Shown here one piece after another: positions 37,305 through 47,470 of a stretch of DNA of 64,000 bases; position 1 is the stretch's first letter; the number at the start of each line of letters is the position of its first letter. The stretch is from Alphaproteobacteria bacterium. GTDB taxonomy: Bacteria > Pseudomonadota > Alphaproteobacteria > Rs-D84 > SZUA-605. A model generated the notes under the pieces. It was not told where the DNA came from and searched no databases. It saw nothing but the letters and a program-made list of their open reading frames with translations. The stretch is from contig JAVBPW010000005.1 of the NCBI GenBank assembly GCA_031549385.1, forward strand, positions 64,001 through 128,000. Direction: 5' to 3'. Position numbers and translations under genes: made by a program.

Positions 37305-40067
37305 CTACTGAAAGCACTCTTTAAAATCTTTTTCAAATCTATTTTCTTCTTTAGAATTATAGAAAGGTATTCCTATTATTTCATATAACTGCTCTCCAAA
37401 TTCAAAAGTAATAGGCTTATTTTCAACAAACCTCTCTTTTATTGACTTAAGCATATTATTCTTCCAATCATCTTTTAATTCAATATGAGCACCTTTAGGT
37501 TCTATCAAAACTTGATATTTTACAGTCTTTTTATTCTTATCTCTCAAGAATAATAAGAAGTCAGGACAAAATCCTTCACCATCGTCAAAATTATAGATTT
37601 TATAAACTTCTTCGTTTCTAACTAAATAAATATCTGAATAACCTTTTTCTTTAAGATAACTATAAATTTTATGATCAAAAAATTTAACAAAGGCTATTTC
37701 TTCACTAGTTCCATGTAAAGAATTATAAGGGAACCATTCTTTACCTTCTACTAAGTCTTTATTATCCTTTATTCTATTATCGTCTTTTTTGATTTTTAAG
37801 GTTTTATTCGTAAATAAACCTTTTAAAAGCTCTTTTTCTTTGAAATATTCTGTCCCTTGATATAATGTAGTATATCTATCAAGTTTCTTTTCTATATCAT
37901 TTAAAAGGTACCTTAAAGCTCTAAAAATTTCAGTTTGTATGTTTTTAAATACCTTTACGCTATCAACTTCATTTTCAATAAAAAAGTCTTCACCATTTCT
38001 AATAGATTTATCATAAGCTTTAACAGCTAACAAATCAGAATTATCTCCAAAAAAACTAATATCTAAAGTATCAAGATAGTTTTTCACAAATTCCTTTGTT
38101 GATTTAATCCTAGGAAATTTTTGTTTTAAGTTATGAAAATCGTAGAAATTATTATAAAGCATAGCATTTAGCTTCAAATTCATAGACAGGTCGCTTAATT
38201 TTATATCAATAAGGCTAGTTGATAATGCTTCTCTATCAATTTCTCTTTTATCTAGCATAACTTCATCAAAAATAACACCTGAAGGTATTTTATATTCAAA
38301 ATTTCTTTTATTTTCACCATAAGGCAATCTATCCCAAAGATTAAATCGATCATATCTCTTTTTGATCTTTTTGTTTGATAGAACAATTTCTTTTCTCCAA
38401 AAATCTGTAACTGCTATCTGAGTTTTAATTGAAATTTCTTTTTCTTCATAATCATTAGGAGAATCTTCCCAGCCTTGATTTATAAGTTCTTCATGCAAAC
38501 TAGCAATAAATGAAGAATTATAAACAGAATGATAATAAAGTTCTTCAAGTATCCTTAATTCATCAGTATCTTTAGGCTTATCAAATTTTCTTCTATATTT
38601 ATCTAAATTAGAATAAACAACTTCTTCATCATTATCATCTTTAACTACAAAAGGACAATATCGTGCTCCACGACCAATAAGCTGAGCTTCCGATACAGTT
38701 TGTTTCTTAGTAACATCTTTTGTCTTAGTTAAATGAATTTCTTCGTCGTAAAGCCTTACAATATCAAAAAGATTAAGAACATCCCAACCTTCATTAAGCT
38801 TATTAACAGCAAAAATAACTCTTATCTGATTATTATCATCTTCAAGAGAATTAAGTAATTCTTCTTGATTTCTAACTTCTTCAAGTTCCTTTTGAGATTC
38901 AGATTCATTAACATTTAATTGTTTAGTTCTTCCAAAGTTCCATTTAAGAATGTCTATTAAATATCTATAATTATCTTTTTTTTCTTTAAAATAATTAAAA
39001 GCATCTTTTAATCTTACACTATCGGATTTCAATACTTCTCTTTCAATTTCTTTAATATCATCAGCAGACAAATTATAAAGGAGTTCATTAAACATATCCT
39101 GATTTGCAAAACTTTCCTTAATAGACCTGTTAGACTTAAATAATATAACAGGTTTTATATCTAATTGATTTCTCATAGCAATTTCTTGTTTATATTGGTT
39201 AAAAACAATAGCCTGAATTATAAGATTTTTCTTTTCCACATCTGATTGTAAAACTAATATTTCTTTTGAAAATCCATCATTTCTAAATTCTTTAATATCA
39301 TATTTGTAAATAACTTTGTCTTTATATTTTTTATAAATTGCAGCATTATCAAATTCAAAAGTAGCAGATAATTCAAAGAACATATTTTCACTATTTGCTT
39401 TTAAAATATCATTGATAGTATTTTCCCAATTTTTAGTATTCCATAAGTCTTGTTCTGATTTTTGTTTAGTATTTACATTAAAATGATGAGCTTCATCTCC
39501 TATAATAACCGTTTTATAATTTTTAAAATCTTCAAAAGTTATTTGATTTTCACCTACATTCTGCATTTTTGAATGGAGGCCATTGATAGTAGTAAAGCAA
39601 ATATTTATATCTTCTTCTGAAGATTTTTCAAAATTTTCTACTTCTTTTACATATACTTTTTTATTATTTATTACTATATCTGTATTAAAAAGATATTTCC
39701 TTGAAGACTTATCTAAAAAATTATCTCTTGTTTTTTCAATAATTTGACGGGCTGTAGAAAAGAATAAGAAATTTCTAAATCCTCTTTCATACATATAAAG
39801 TATAATTCCAGCCATTATCAGAGTCTTACCAGAACCAGTCGCCATATTAAAAGCCAAATGATTGCTCTTTTCAGGAAACAAAAGACCATCCTCATCTTTT
39901 TCCATATAATAAACAAGTCTTTTTAATGCTTCATTTTGATAAGCTCTTATTTCAAAATCTTGTTTTAAATTCTTTTTAACAGATAGGGGCAATTCAACCT
40001 TAGAAACAATATGTTCCCTTTCCTTGAAGGCATTATCTATTTTAAAAATAAGTTCTTGTTTAGCCAT
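37305..40067 (-). CDS. res: Type III restriction enzyme Res subunit
   Basis: MATGSGKT, GDEAHH, LNEGWDVLN, QLIGRGAR and a C-terminal PDF...IEPKG nuclease motif. Confidence 0.92.
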   Translation of the reverse strand: MAKQELIFKIDNAFKEREHIVSKVELPLSVKKNLKQDFEIRAYQNEALKRLVYYMEKDEDGLLFPEKSNHLAFNMATGSGKTLIMAGIILYMYERGFRNFLFFSTARQIIEKTRDNFLDKSSRKYLFNTDIVINNKKVYVKEVENFEKSSEEDINICFTTINGLHSKMQNVGENQITFEDFKNYKTVIIGDEAHHFNVNTKQKSEQDLWNTKNWENTINDILKANSENMFFELSATFEFDNAAIYKKYKDKVIYKYDIKEFRNDGFSKEILVLQSDVEKKNLIIQAIVFNQYKQEIAMRNQLDIKPVILFKSNRSIKESFANQDMFNELLYNLSADDIKEIEREVLKSDSVRLKDAFNYFKEKKDNYRYLIDILKWNFGRTKQLNVNESESQKELEEVRNQEELLNSLEDDNNQIRVIFAVNKLNEGWDVLNLFDIVRLYDEEIHLTKTKDVTKKQTVSEAQLIGRGARYCPFVVKDDNDEEVVYSNLDKYRRKFDKPKDTDELRILEELYYHSVYNSSFIASLHEELINQGWEDSPNDYEEKEISIKTQIAVTDFWRKEIVLSNKKIKKRYDRFNLWDRLPYGENKRNFEYKIPSGVIFDEVMLDKREIDREALSTSLIDIKLSDLSMNLKLNAMLYNNFYDFHNLKQKFPRIKSTKEFVKNYLDTLDISFFGDNSDLLAVKAYDKSIRNGEDFFIENEVDSVKVFKNIQTEIFRALRYLLNDIEKKLDRYTTLYQGTEYFKEKELLKGLFTNKTLKIKKDDNRIKDNKDLVEGKEWFPYNSLHGTSEEIAFVKFFDHKIYSYLKEKGYSDIYLVRNEEVYKIYNFDDGEGFCPDFLLFLRDKNKKTVKYQVLIEPKGAHIELKDDWKNNMLKSIKERFVENKPITFEFGEQLYEIIGIPFYNSKEENRFEKDFKECFQ

Positions 40068-41920
40068 TATTTAATCCCATAAAAATCTTTATTTAACTTT
40101 ATATCTTTATCAGACAATTCAAATTCCTTATCTTCAAGTTGAGATATAACTTGATAAAGCATATTCATATTTAAATATCTTAAAAGTAAATCTTGCAAAT
40201 CTTCAAAAGGAAGATTTTTCAAATCTCCTTTATTTCTTTCAGTTTCAACTATGTTTACATCATAATTTAAGAAAGCATTATTTTTCATATCTTCATAAAT
40301 TTTTAATAAATCTTCCTTACTTTTACATTCCTGCAACATATCAATGTAAAGCTGATTAATTTTATTCATTTCCATATAAACAAAATCTCCACCACTTTGC
40401 CAATTAACAGATTTAGAAATTCCACCTTGCTCACCATCAAGAACCTTTTCTAATCGTTTTTTAGTAACAGTTTCAATATAATCCATTTGCTCCACACCAA
40501 TCCATTGTCTTTTCATTTTATGGGCTACCGATAACGTTGTTCCAGAACCAACATGAAAATCTAAAACTATATCATTATCATTAGTAGACATTTGAATTAT
40601 ATTTTGAAGTAATTTTTCAGGTTTAGGAAAAGAAAATACTCTTTCTCCAAATAAACCTTGTATATCTCTAGCTCCTATCTGATTACTTCCATATTCAAGT
40701 CCCCATAGATCTGAAGGTATTTGCCCATCATTTAATTTTTCATCTAAATAAATTTTCCCATAAGGCTGTCCATTTTCTCCTCCAGCCCAATATAATTTAC
40801 CATTCTTTCTTAATTCACTAAAATCTTCTTCTTTTACCATCCAAGGACCAGACAATAAACCTCCTCCTGGAGTTGAAATTTTATAAGAGTATCTACCTTT
40901 GACTTTATCTAATAAAATATTTCTTCTAAAAAAACCTTTCTCATCAGAATAACGATATTCATTTTTTGCCTTATCTGATAAAGGTAATTTTGAAAAATTA
41001 TAACTTTTTTCATTTTTTGCAAAGATTGTAATATATTCCTTTACTCGTGCTATTTTTCCAATATTAGATTGGTTGTCTGTTCTTCTCCAAACAATATTTA
41101 TTATGAAGTTTTCCCTTCCAAAAATCTCATCCATTAAAATTTTTAAATAAGCCTGCTCATTATCATCACATTGAACAAAAATAGTACCATCATCCCTTAA
41201 TAATTCTTTTGCTACTTCCAATCTATTTTTCATAAACGTAAGCCACGTAGAATGATTAAAATTATCATTATATTTAAAACCATCATTTCCTGTATTGTAT
41301 GGAGGATCTATATAAATAAGCTTTACCTTTCCTCTAAACTCTTTTTTCAAAGAATGTAAGGCTAGAAGATTATTTCCCTTAATTAACAAATTATCAGTTA
41401 TAGTTCCTTCAGAGTTTCGATTAAAGCTTTTTAATTCCTCTTCTTTTCCTTCTCCAAAAATTCTTTTGAAATTAGTAAAGACCTTAGCTTCTTCTAATTT
41501 TGTAATTTCATCTCTAGCAAGAGTTATATTAAAGAAAATTTCCTTTTTTTTGTTTTCTTCATTACTTTGACCACCTTCCAGTATACAATCCTTATAAGGC
41601 CAAACTAAAACAACCTCTTTATCAAGACATTCTTTAATATTAAAGCCTATTTTATTTTTGAATTTAGTATATGAGTTATCCAAAAAGTTTTTATCTTTCA
41701 AGTAATCCATAAAGAAGTCTTGTTTGAAAATTTTTACATTATCTGCTAAATCAACAAAAAATTCTTTATTAAATTCTTTATCCTTTAAAAGTCCATTTAT
41801 TAAATCTTTATCATAAGAATAGGCATCTTTAATAACCCTATCCTTTAACAGCTTCCCTTCAGTAGATTTATATTTTTCAAAAGACATTAAAAAGTTAACT
41901 AACTTTTCATTAAAACTCAT
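40067..41920 (-). CDS. mod: Type III R-M Mod methyltransferase
   Basis: LIKGNNL, IYIDPPYNTG, FPKPEKLL, DFHVGSGTT. ATG at 41920 with an AAGGAA Shine-Dalgarno; 1-nt overlap with res. Confidence 0.92.
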   Translation of the reverse strand: MSFNEKLVNFLMSFEKYKSTEGKLLKDRVIKDAYSYDKDLINGLLKDKEFNKEFFVDLADNVKIFKQDFFMDYLKDKNFLDNSYTKFKNKIGFNIKECLDKEVVLVWPYKDCILEGGQSNEENKKKEIFFNITLARDEITKLEEAKVFTNFKRIFGEGKEEELKSFNRNSEGTITDNLLIKGNNLLALHSLKKEFRGKVKLIYIDPPYNTGNDGFKYNDNFNHSTWLTFMKNRLEVAKELLRDDGTIFVQCDDNEQAYLKILMDEIFGRENFIINIVWRRTDNQSNIGKIARVKEYITIFAKNEKSYNFSKLPLSDKAKNEYRYSDEKGFFRRNILLDKVKGRYSYKISTPGGGLLSGPWMVKEEDFSELRKNGKLYWAGGENGQPYGKIYLDEKLNDGQIPSDLWGLEYGSNQIGARDIQGLFGERVFSFPKPEKLLQNIIQMSTNDNDIVLDFHVGSGTTLSVAHKMKRQWIGVEQMDYIETVTKKRLEKVLDGEQGGISKSVNWQSGGDFVYMEMNKINQLYIDMLQECKSKEDLLKIYEDMKNNAFLNYDVNIVETERNKGDLKNLPFEDLQDLLLRYLNMNMLYQVISQLEDKEFELSDKDIKLNKDFYGIK

Positions 41921-41968
41921 AGTATTCCTTCCTTTTCTAAAATTAAAAATGTCGCTATTTTTAAGTAG

Positions 41969-42044
41969 CGACTGGAAGTTGATAACTACATTAGGGTAGC
42001 CCATCATATTTGCATAGATGCTTATTTTGACAGCCTTCCAGTCA
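41969..42044 (-). ncRNA. C4-like antisense RNA (P1/P7 c4, P4 CI type)
   Basis: Outer stem GACUGGAAG/CUUCCAGUC, GCAA-capped stem CAUC-UAU/AUA-U-GAUG, stem GGCUAC/GUAGUU with loop CCUAAU. Its CCUAAUG and AGUUAUCA segments are complementary to upstream sites at 42088-42105. Confidence 0.7.
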
Positions 42045-42079
42045 TAATAGACCAGAGGCATACAAATTTCGTTTTGTAC

Positions 42080-42167
42080 AAAAAACGCCTAATGGGGAGT
42101 TATCACGCTCCAATGCAAGAACTCCTTGCATCAAGAAAAGAGTAAAATAATTTGAATTATAAGTCAA
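42080..42167 (-). promoter_or_regulatory. Promoter and a1/b1-like antisense target sites upstream of the C4-like RNA
   Basis: TTGACT (42167-42162), 17-nt spacer, TACTCT (42144-42139), then GGAGCG-UGAUAACU-CCC-CAUUAGG-CG-U6. Confidence 0.6.
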
Positions 42168-42201
42168 TCGTTTAGTTATTTGAGATAAAATACCTAAACT
42201 A

Positions 42202-42612
42202 TCAATTCAATTTTAATCTATAATATACCTCTCTAATTGTCGGAAATTTATTACTTTCACTTATACAATGAAATACTAGATAAGGTTTCTTCTCTGAAGA
42301 TAATAGCAAAAGCAAATTTTCAAGAAATTCCTTAGAAATACTAACCATACAATCGACTATTCTTTGAGTTACACAAAATCCACCCAGCGAGTTTATATCA
42401 TTCCCATTTACACTGTTTCCTACAAATAAATTAATGTTATACAAACAACCTATATTTAACCTTTTATTCTTATAACTACTATTTATCAAATTACATTGTA
42501 GGTTTAAAGTTTCAGAACTTCTTCCTTTTCCCAAGCTTTTTATGTAATCACAACAAACATCCCAATTTTCAATCTTAAAAATCATTTCATGGTACTGAAT
42601 TTTATTTCTCAT
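42202..42612 (-). CDS. Hypothetical protein, paralog of 36825-37301
   Basis: GGAGG Shine-Dalgarno and ATG 42612; aligns end to end with 36825-37301. Confidence 0.7.
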   Translation of the reverse strand: MRNKIQYHEMIFKIENWDVCCDYIKSLGKGRSSETLNLQCNLINSSYKNKRLNIGCLYNINLFVGNSVNGNDINSLGGFCVTQRIVDCMVSISKEFLENLLLLLSSEKKPYLVFHCISESNKFPTIREVYYRLKLN

Positions 42613-43210
42613 CTTTCCCTCCATTATATTTTAAATTTTCATCATATAAAAAGCCTTTTTCAGTATACCAATACGAGGTTTCCTCTCTATTATTACCATA
42701 ACCATATTTAGGAGCTAACATATTATGCTTTTCCAACCATATTTCTTTTGAAACTTCAGATATCTTAATCTTTTCGTTTATTCCTAACCACTTCATAATC
42801 TTTTCATTGAAATGCTTAATTCTAAGCTCTTGTCTTTTCAATTTATGTATTAACTCAACTTTCCATTTCTTAGCTGCTTCCAATTTATTATTAAGACTTA
42901 TAAGCTTTTTTTTATTTTTACTAATTTCTTCAGTACTTTCTTTCTCTATTTCCAAATCTTCTATCCTTTTCTCACAAGAAGTTAATTTTTCACAAAGTTT
43001 TAGCTCTGTCATTTGCAACCTATAAAGTTTTCCTGAATAATGCTCTATCAATTCTTCTATAGATACTTGAGAAATACTTGCTTCACATTCTTTTCCTTGA
43101 ATCTTTTCTGCTTCCTGATCCAGCCACTCCTCCTTTGATTTACATTCGATTTCAGCTTTATCTTGAAGTTTATTTCTATAAAGTTCTTCTTCTGTGGGTT
43201 TAAATGCCAT
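42602..43210 (-). CDS. Coiled-coil hypothetical protein
   Basis: GGAGG Shine-Dalgarno and ATG 43210; E/K-rich heptads. Confidence 0.65.
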   Translation of the reverse strand: MAFKPTEEELYRNKLQDKAEIECKSKEEWLDQEAEKIQGKECEASISQVSIEELIEHYSGKLYRLQMTELKLCEKLTSCEKRIEDLEIEKESTEEISKNKKKLISLNNKLEAAKKWKVELIHKLKRQELRIKHFNEKIMKWLGINEKIKISEVSKEIWLEKHNMLAPKYGYGNNREETSYWYTEKGFLYDENLKYNGGKDEK

Positions 43211-43368
43211 TTCTCCCTCCTTCACGTATGCCTGTCTGTTGATTTGTAAATATTAAATATTTAAAGTAATTTTTGATTTTGTTAAATTTTAAGATAAATC
43301 TTATATAACAAGGGACATTCTGGCTTTCTAGCCATATTTTATAATTAAAATTCATGATTATCTCCTGA

Positions 43369-43578
43369 TTATATATTTGCTTTATCAACCCAGCGAAAAA
43401 AAGCTTCTACATCTATAAAAATTTTCTTTCCAATTCGTTTAATCGCTTTTAATTCTCGCAATCCATTAAATTGTTCTTTAAATATATAACTTCTCATCCC
43501 ACCCATAGTAAAAGCTGGAAAGGTTTCTATAAACTGATTTACAGTCATTAAATTTGGTAAATTATTGTTTTCTGTCAT
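43369..43578 (-). CDS. AlpA/excisionase-like DNA-binding protein
   Basis: 69 aa, LMTVNQF...IKRIGKKIFIDVEAFFRWV, downstream of the integrase. Confidence 0.75.
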   Translation of the reverse strand: MTENNNLPNLMTVNQFIETFPAFTMGGMRSYIFKEQFNGLRELKAIKRIGKKIFIDVEAFFRWVDKANI

Positions 43579-43666
43579 AATTTTTACTCCATTTATTAGT
43601 TATCAAGCAGATTCGTTATCTGTTAATTACGATTATGGAATAAAAATATTTTTTAATCTTTGGGAT

Positions 43667-44341
43667 TTAAGCTATATGTTTTTGCTGGGTTTTAGCCCAA
43701 AGTTTTCTCTTTTTAACTCTATCGCTAAATCCAATGGTTATATTATGTCCATTTTTTAAATTAGGACATTCTTTATTTATAATATTTACTATATCCTCTC
43801 CAAATTTTACAAATTTACTCTTATGAATACCTTCAATATTACCAGCAGTTGGATCTTTTCCTGTTGCTTGCTTATAAATATCCATAAGCTGTCCTGCAAA
43901 TTGCTTTTCATTTGCATTATAACTAAGAGGGGAATCTTTTGTTCTATGATTAGAAATTTCCTTTTCAATTTCTTCTATGGCTACATTTATAGCCAATCTA
44001 CATTCTTCAGATCCTTTTATTAAACTAAAGGCACTAACATCGACATTGTCTCCCCACATTCCTTTAGCTTCATTTAAAATCCTACTAAAGTGAAATACTA
44101 AATAATGATGGATATCTGGGGAATTTAATAAATCTAATAATTCATCATTGCTTTTCTTAATTTTTTTAAGTTTCTTTAAACAATTTCTTTTAGAAAAATT
44201 CTCTTTATAATAATCAATAATAAAAAAACCAATATCACTGTTTAATTCATGGTTTATTTTATTAATATCTACTTCTTTTTGAATTTCCAAAAAATCTCTT
44301 ATATCAAGGTTAAATTGAGGAATTGTATATAACCCAACCAT
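43667..44341 (-). CDS. Hypothetical protein
   Basis: 224-aa ORF starting 3 nt after the integrase stop. Confidence 0.65.
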   Translation of the reverse strand: MVGLYTIPQFNLDIRDFLEIQKEVDINKINHELNSDIGFFIIDYYKENFSKRNCLKKLKKIKKSNDELLDLLNSPDIHHYLVFHFSRILNEAKGMWGDNVDVSAFSLIKGSEECRLAINVAIEEIEKEISNHRTKDSPLSYNANEKQFAGQLMDIYKQATGKDPTAGNIEGIHKSKFVKFGEDIVNIINKECPNLKNGHNITIGFSDRVKKRKLWAKTQQKHIA

Positions 44342-44344
44342 CTT

Positions 44345-45403
44345 TTATTCTCCAAATATCTTTTTATTCATTTTTTCTACTACTGATTGCTTATGCTTGT
44401 CTGATAAATGAGCATATCGCTTAACCATAGCCAAGGTTTTATGCCCCAATATATCTGCTATTTCACCCAGCGATGCACTGTTCATTATTAAATAGCTTGC
44501 TGCTGTATGCCTTAAATCATGAAATCTGAAATCATCCAACTTAGCGTTTTCAACCGCTTTCTCCCAACTTCTCTTAATATCAAAAGGAGCTAATCCATTC
44601 TTGCTAGGAAATACATAAGGTGAATTTTTTCTTTTTTCATAAAGCTCTTGCAAAACCTTCAAGGCTGAACTTACCAATGGAATACTTCTTCGTTCTCCAT
44701 TTTTAGTATCTTGTAAAATAGCTCGCCTTTCTTCAAAATCCACATTATCCCAAGTAAGCGATAAAACTTCCATCTTGCGAGCCCCGGTAGACAACGCCAC
44801 CACAACCACAGGATATAAATAAGGATTTTCTGCTTTCTGAGCCTCTTCTAATAAAGCCTTTCGTTCCTCATCAGATAAATATCGAACTCGTCCTCTGGGC
44901 TCTGACAATTTACTAACTTTTGCCATAGGATTAACTTCTATCCATTCCAAATCCTTAAAAGTATAAGTCATAACTGAACTTAAGGCTGCCAGATAACGAT
45001 TAAGAGTAGCTGGTCCCTTAGCATGTTTATCTTTATGCTTAACTTCCGCTATCTTATTCCTACCTTCGTTTATAATAGCAGGAGTTATTTGAGATAAAGT
45101 ATAATCGCCTATAAACTTTTTCCATAATTCCAAATAAACTTTATAAAACCTTTCAAGCTTAGGTCGTTCAGGCAACTTATTTTCCATATATTTATCGATA
45201 GCTTCTGCCAAAGTATGCTGTTTGGCCTTCAAATGAGAAAAGTATTTGTCTTCTCTTATCATATTTTCAGTTTTTGCAGCCCAACTCTTAGCATCTGTCA
45301 ATTTAGAAAATGTTTGAGAAATATCAGGAGCTCCAACCATTCGGATACGAACTCTATACTGACTATCTCCATTTATCCCTTTTCTTTTTTCAATACTCGC
45401 CAT
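44345..45403 (-). CDS. int: Tyrosine recombinase/integrase
   Basis: TGARKME, FRFHDLRH, LGH and RY catalytic residues; N-terminal arm-binding domain. Confidence 0.96.
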   Translation of the reverse strand: MASIEKRKGINGDSQYRVRIRMVGAPDISQTFSKLTDAKSWAAKTENMIREDKYFSHLKAKQHTLAEAIDKYMENKLPERPKLERFYKVYLELWKKFIGDYTLSQITPAIINEGRNKIAEVKHKDKHAKGPATLNRYLAALSSVMTYTFKDLEWIEVNPMAKVSKLSEPRGRVRYLSDEERKALLEEAQKAENPYLYPVVVVALSTGARKMEVLSLTWDNVDFEERRAILQDTKNGERRSIPLVSSALKVLQELYEKRKNSPYVFPSKNGLAPFDIKRSWEKAVENAKLDDFRFHDLRHTAASYLIMNSASLGEIADILGHKTLAMVKRYAHLSDKHKQSVVEKMNKKIFGE

Positions 45404-46200
45404 TATTCAATAATCCCAGTTTGTTTTAAAGCAGCATTCCAATTATTCATCTCGTCATTTATTGGTAGATTTAAATAATCCGGGCTTCCACCAGTTGTTA
45501 TCAGTCTCATAGTTTTAAAAGCCTCTAATGTCATTTCTGTAAAATCAACCACATCTATATTTTTAACATCATAACTTCTAATTTCTATATTATGAGCAAT
45601 AGCCTTATTTCGCATTATTTTTATTTTTTTCCAAATCTCTTCTTTATTATCCTTATTTAAAATAAAATTTAAGTTTCTAAAATAAACATTCCTAGACATT
45701 CCCCAAAAAGGAAGCTTCTTAATAAAATAAGATCCCAAACCATCAATATATATCTTTTTTTTCCATTTGTTATTAGATCTATCCCTTTTAAATTTTCTAA
45801 AAATATTTGGAATAGAATTTACATCTTTGCTATTTTCTTCCCAAATTTTACATAAAATAACAGAAATATTTTGCATCATAGAACCATAAATATAATTCAA
45901 AACAAAAACGTGTTCTGAAGTTTTATTTGCATCCATAAACGAACTATATATTCTTAAAAGAGTTGAAACATTATAAATATCTCGCTCTATTTGATTTAAC
46001 ATAATTCTAATAGATTCTAAGCCTTTTTTTTGTTTTAAATTTAATGAATTATCTAACCTTATATTAGATAACCAACGAATACGTTGCTCTTTAAACCTTT
46101 CTGTATAAAAGCTTATTTCATCTTTACTTAAATCATTACTATTTATGTAAATTTTAAATTGTTTATAAGTCCAATCCATTGAAAATGATATCGACTTCAT
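45403..46200 (-). CDS. HEPN-domain protein (AbiU2-like)
   Basis: RNKAIAH (Rx5H) motif and LCKIWE...NSI; TAATG overlap with the integrase start. Confidence 0.7.
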   Translation of the reverse strand: MKSISFSMDWTYKQFKIYINSNDLSKDEISFYTERFKEQRIRWLSNIRLDNSLNLKQKKGLESIRIMLNQIERDIYNVSTLLRIYSSFMDANKTSEHVFVLNYIYGSMMQNISVILCKIWEENSKDVNSIPNIFRKFKRDRSNNKWKKKIYIDGLGSYFIKKLPFWGMSRNVYFRNLNFILNKDNKEEIWKKIKIMRNKAIAHNIEIRSYDVKNIDVVDFTEMTLEAFKTMRLITTGGSPDYLNLPINDEMNNWNAALKQTGIIE

Positions 46201-46330
46201 TTTTTACATTCCTTATATTTATTTTATATATAATAACCTACAACACAAAATAACAAATAGCAACAATAATCATAAGGCCAAATATGATAAGTCTCATAAA
46301 ATACAGCGCTTTTATGATATAATTCTTATT

Positions 46331-46350
46331 TTTGGGGCAATTTGGGACAG
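46331..46350. repeat. Internal inverted copy of the arm-type repeat
   Basis: tttggggcaatttgggacag is the reverse complement of ctgtcccaaattgccccaaa. Confidence 0.75.
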
Positions 46351-46351
46351 T

Positions 46352-47470
46352 TTATTTCAAAATCTTCTTAATTAGAGGACTGTGTATTTTATAAGAATTG
46401 ATACTTTCTTTAATCTGTTCTAATATCAATTGGGCAGATACTAATGATAAGCCTATATTTTTAGCCACAGCAAGCATATCAACTTCAGTTATATTCTTAC
46501 CTTTTCCATTTACCATAGTAGCACGTTCTCCAAAATTTAAGCTCTTTGAATAAACTAAATCATAGGCAGGTGATAATTGCCATTTATTGTCTTTATATAA
46601 GAATGCAAAGTTTTTAGAATGATCGTCTTCATTACCAGCCAACACATTAAAACACATCAAGCGATACATTTTTTCTACTTCACGCATATCTTTAGTCAAA
46701 TCAAAGGTCAATCTCATCAACTCATTATAATCCAATATAGGCGTTCTATGAGAAGAATTTAAAAGCCCCGCAACAGAAATCATAAAAACTTTTTTACCAT
46801 CAACTCTATCAAATCGTTTCGTAGCAAAATACTTATCTTCAATTAAATTTATATCACTCATTTCAATCATACAATCATGAGCCATTTGCGAATATTTAAA
46901 TTCTATTTCACCAATATTTTTGGGATCATTTGATGCTGGAAATTTAACTATCCAATCTTCACCATTGATAGGTACTAAAACTTTAGGTCTAGCACCACCA
47001 GAAGAACCACCAGCGGTTACTAATTCTTCTAACTTACCACTTTGTTCTTCATTTAAAATCTTTTCAGCTTCACGAGCCAACACATCAAAACTATCTGAAA
47101 TCTCTTTATTCGTTAAAGGCTCTGATGGTATATATTCCAAAGCACCAGCCCCAGTATTACCAACAATAGCTAATCTGTCTATAATTGACACACTCGCTGG
47201 ATCAATTCCTTGTTTTTTTAAAAGTCTATCCGTAAGCAATCGTCCCCAACCATCAGGCAAAGAGTCATTAAACACTCCAAAATTTCCATCAAATGGATAT
47301 TGCGGAGCTATAAAAACCTTCTTTTCCAAAGGCAATTGATATGGAGATATAGAAAATCCATTCACTAACCATTCAGGCGAATATTGAAAAGCACAGAGAC
47401 CATCTTTGGTTAAAGCTAACTCTCCAACCTTACGTCCATCATAAATAACAGATACAAACTTATTTTTCAT
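46352..47470 (-). CDS. hipA: HipA-family kinase toxin
   Basis: DSLPDGWGR, SSGGARPK, RFDR, NEDDHSKNF, LSPAYDL. Confidence 0.93.
   Translation of the reverse strand: MKNKFVSVIYDGRKVGELALTKDGLCAFQYSPEWLVNGFSISPYQLPLEKKVFIAPQYPFDGNFGVFNDSLPDGWGRLLTDRLLKKQGIDPASVSIIDRLAIVGNTGAGALEYIPSEPLTNKEISDSFDVLAREAEKILNEEQSGKLEELVTAGGSSGGARPKVLVPINGEDWIVKFPASNDPKNIGEIEFKYSQMAHDCMIEMSDINLIEDKYFATKRFDRVDGKKVFMISVAGLLNSSHRTPILDYNELMRLTFDLTKDMREVEKMYRLMCFNVLAGNEDDHSKNFAFLYKDNKWQLSPAYDLVYSKSLNFGERATMVNGKGKNITEVDMLAVAKNIGLSLVSAQLILEQIKESINSYKIHSPLIKKILK

Noticed and set aside
41544-41551. Phase-variable tract in mod
   Set aside because: It is only an A8 run in an AT-rich gene, with no simple-sequence repeat array, and the frame is intact.
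41921-42061. N-terminal extension of Mod in the ORF track
   Set aside because: It overlaps the structured C4-like RNA, and a good Shine-Dalgarno site precedes ATG 41920.
43200-43388. 62-aa ORF in the island
   Set aside because: Extremely AT-rich, overlaps both neighbours and has no motif.
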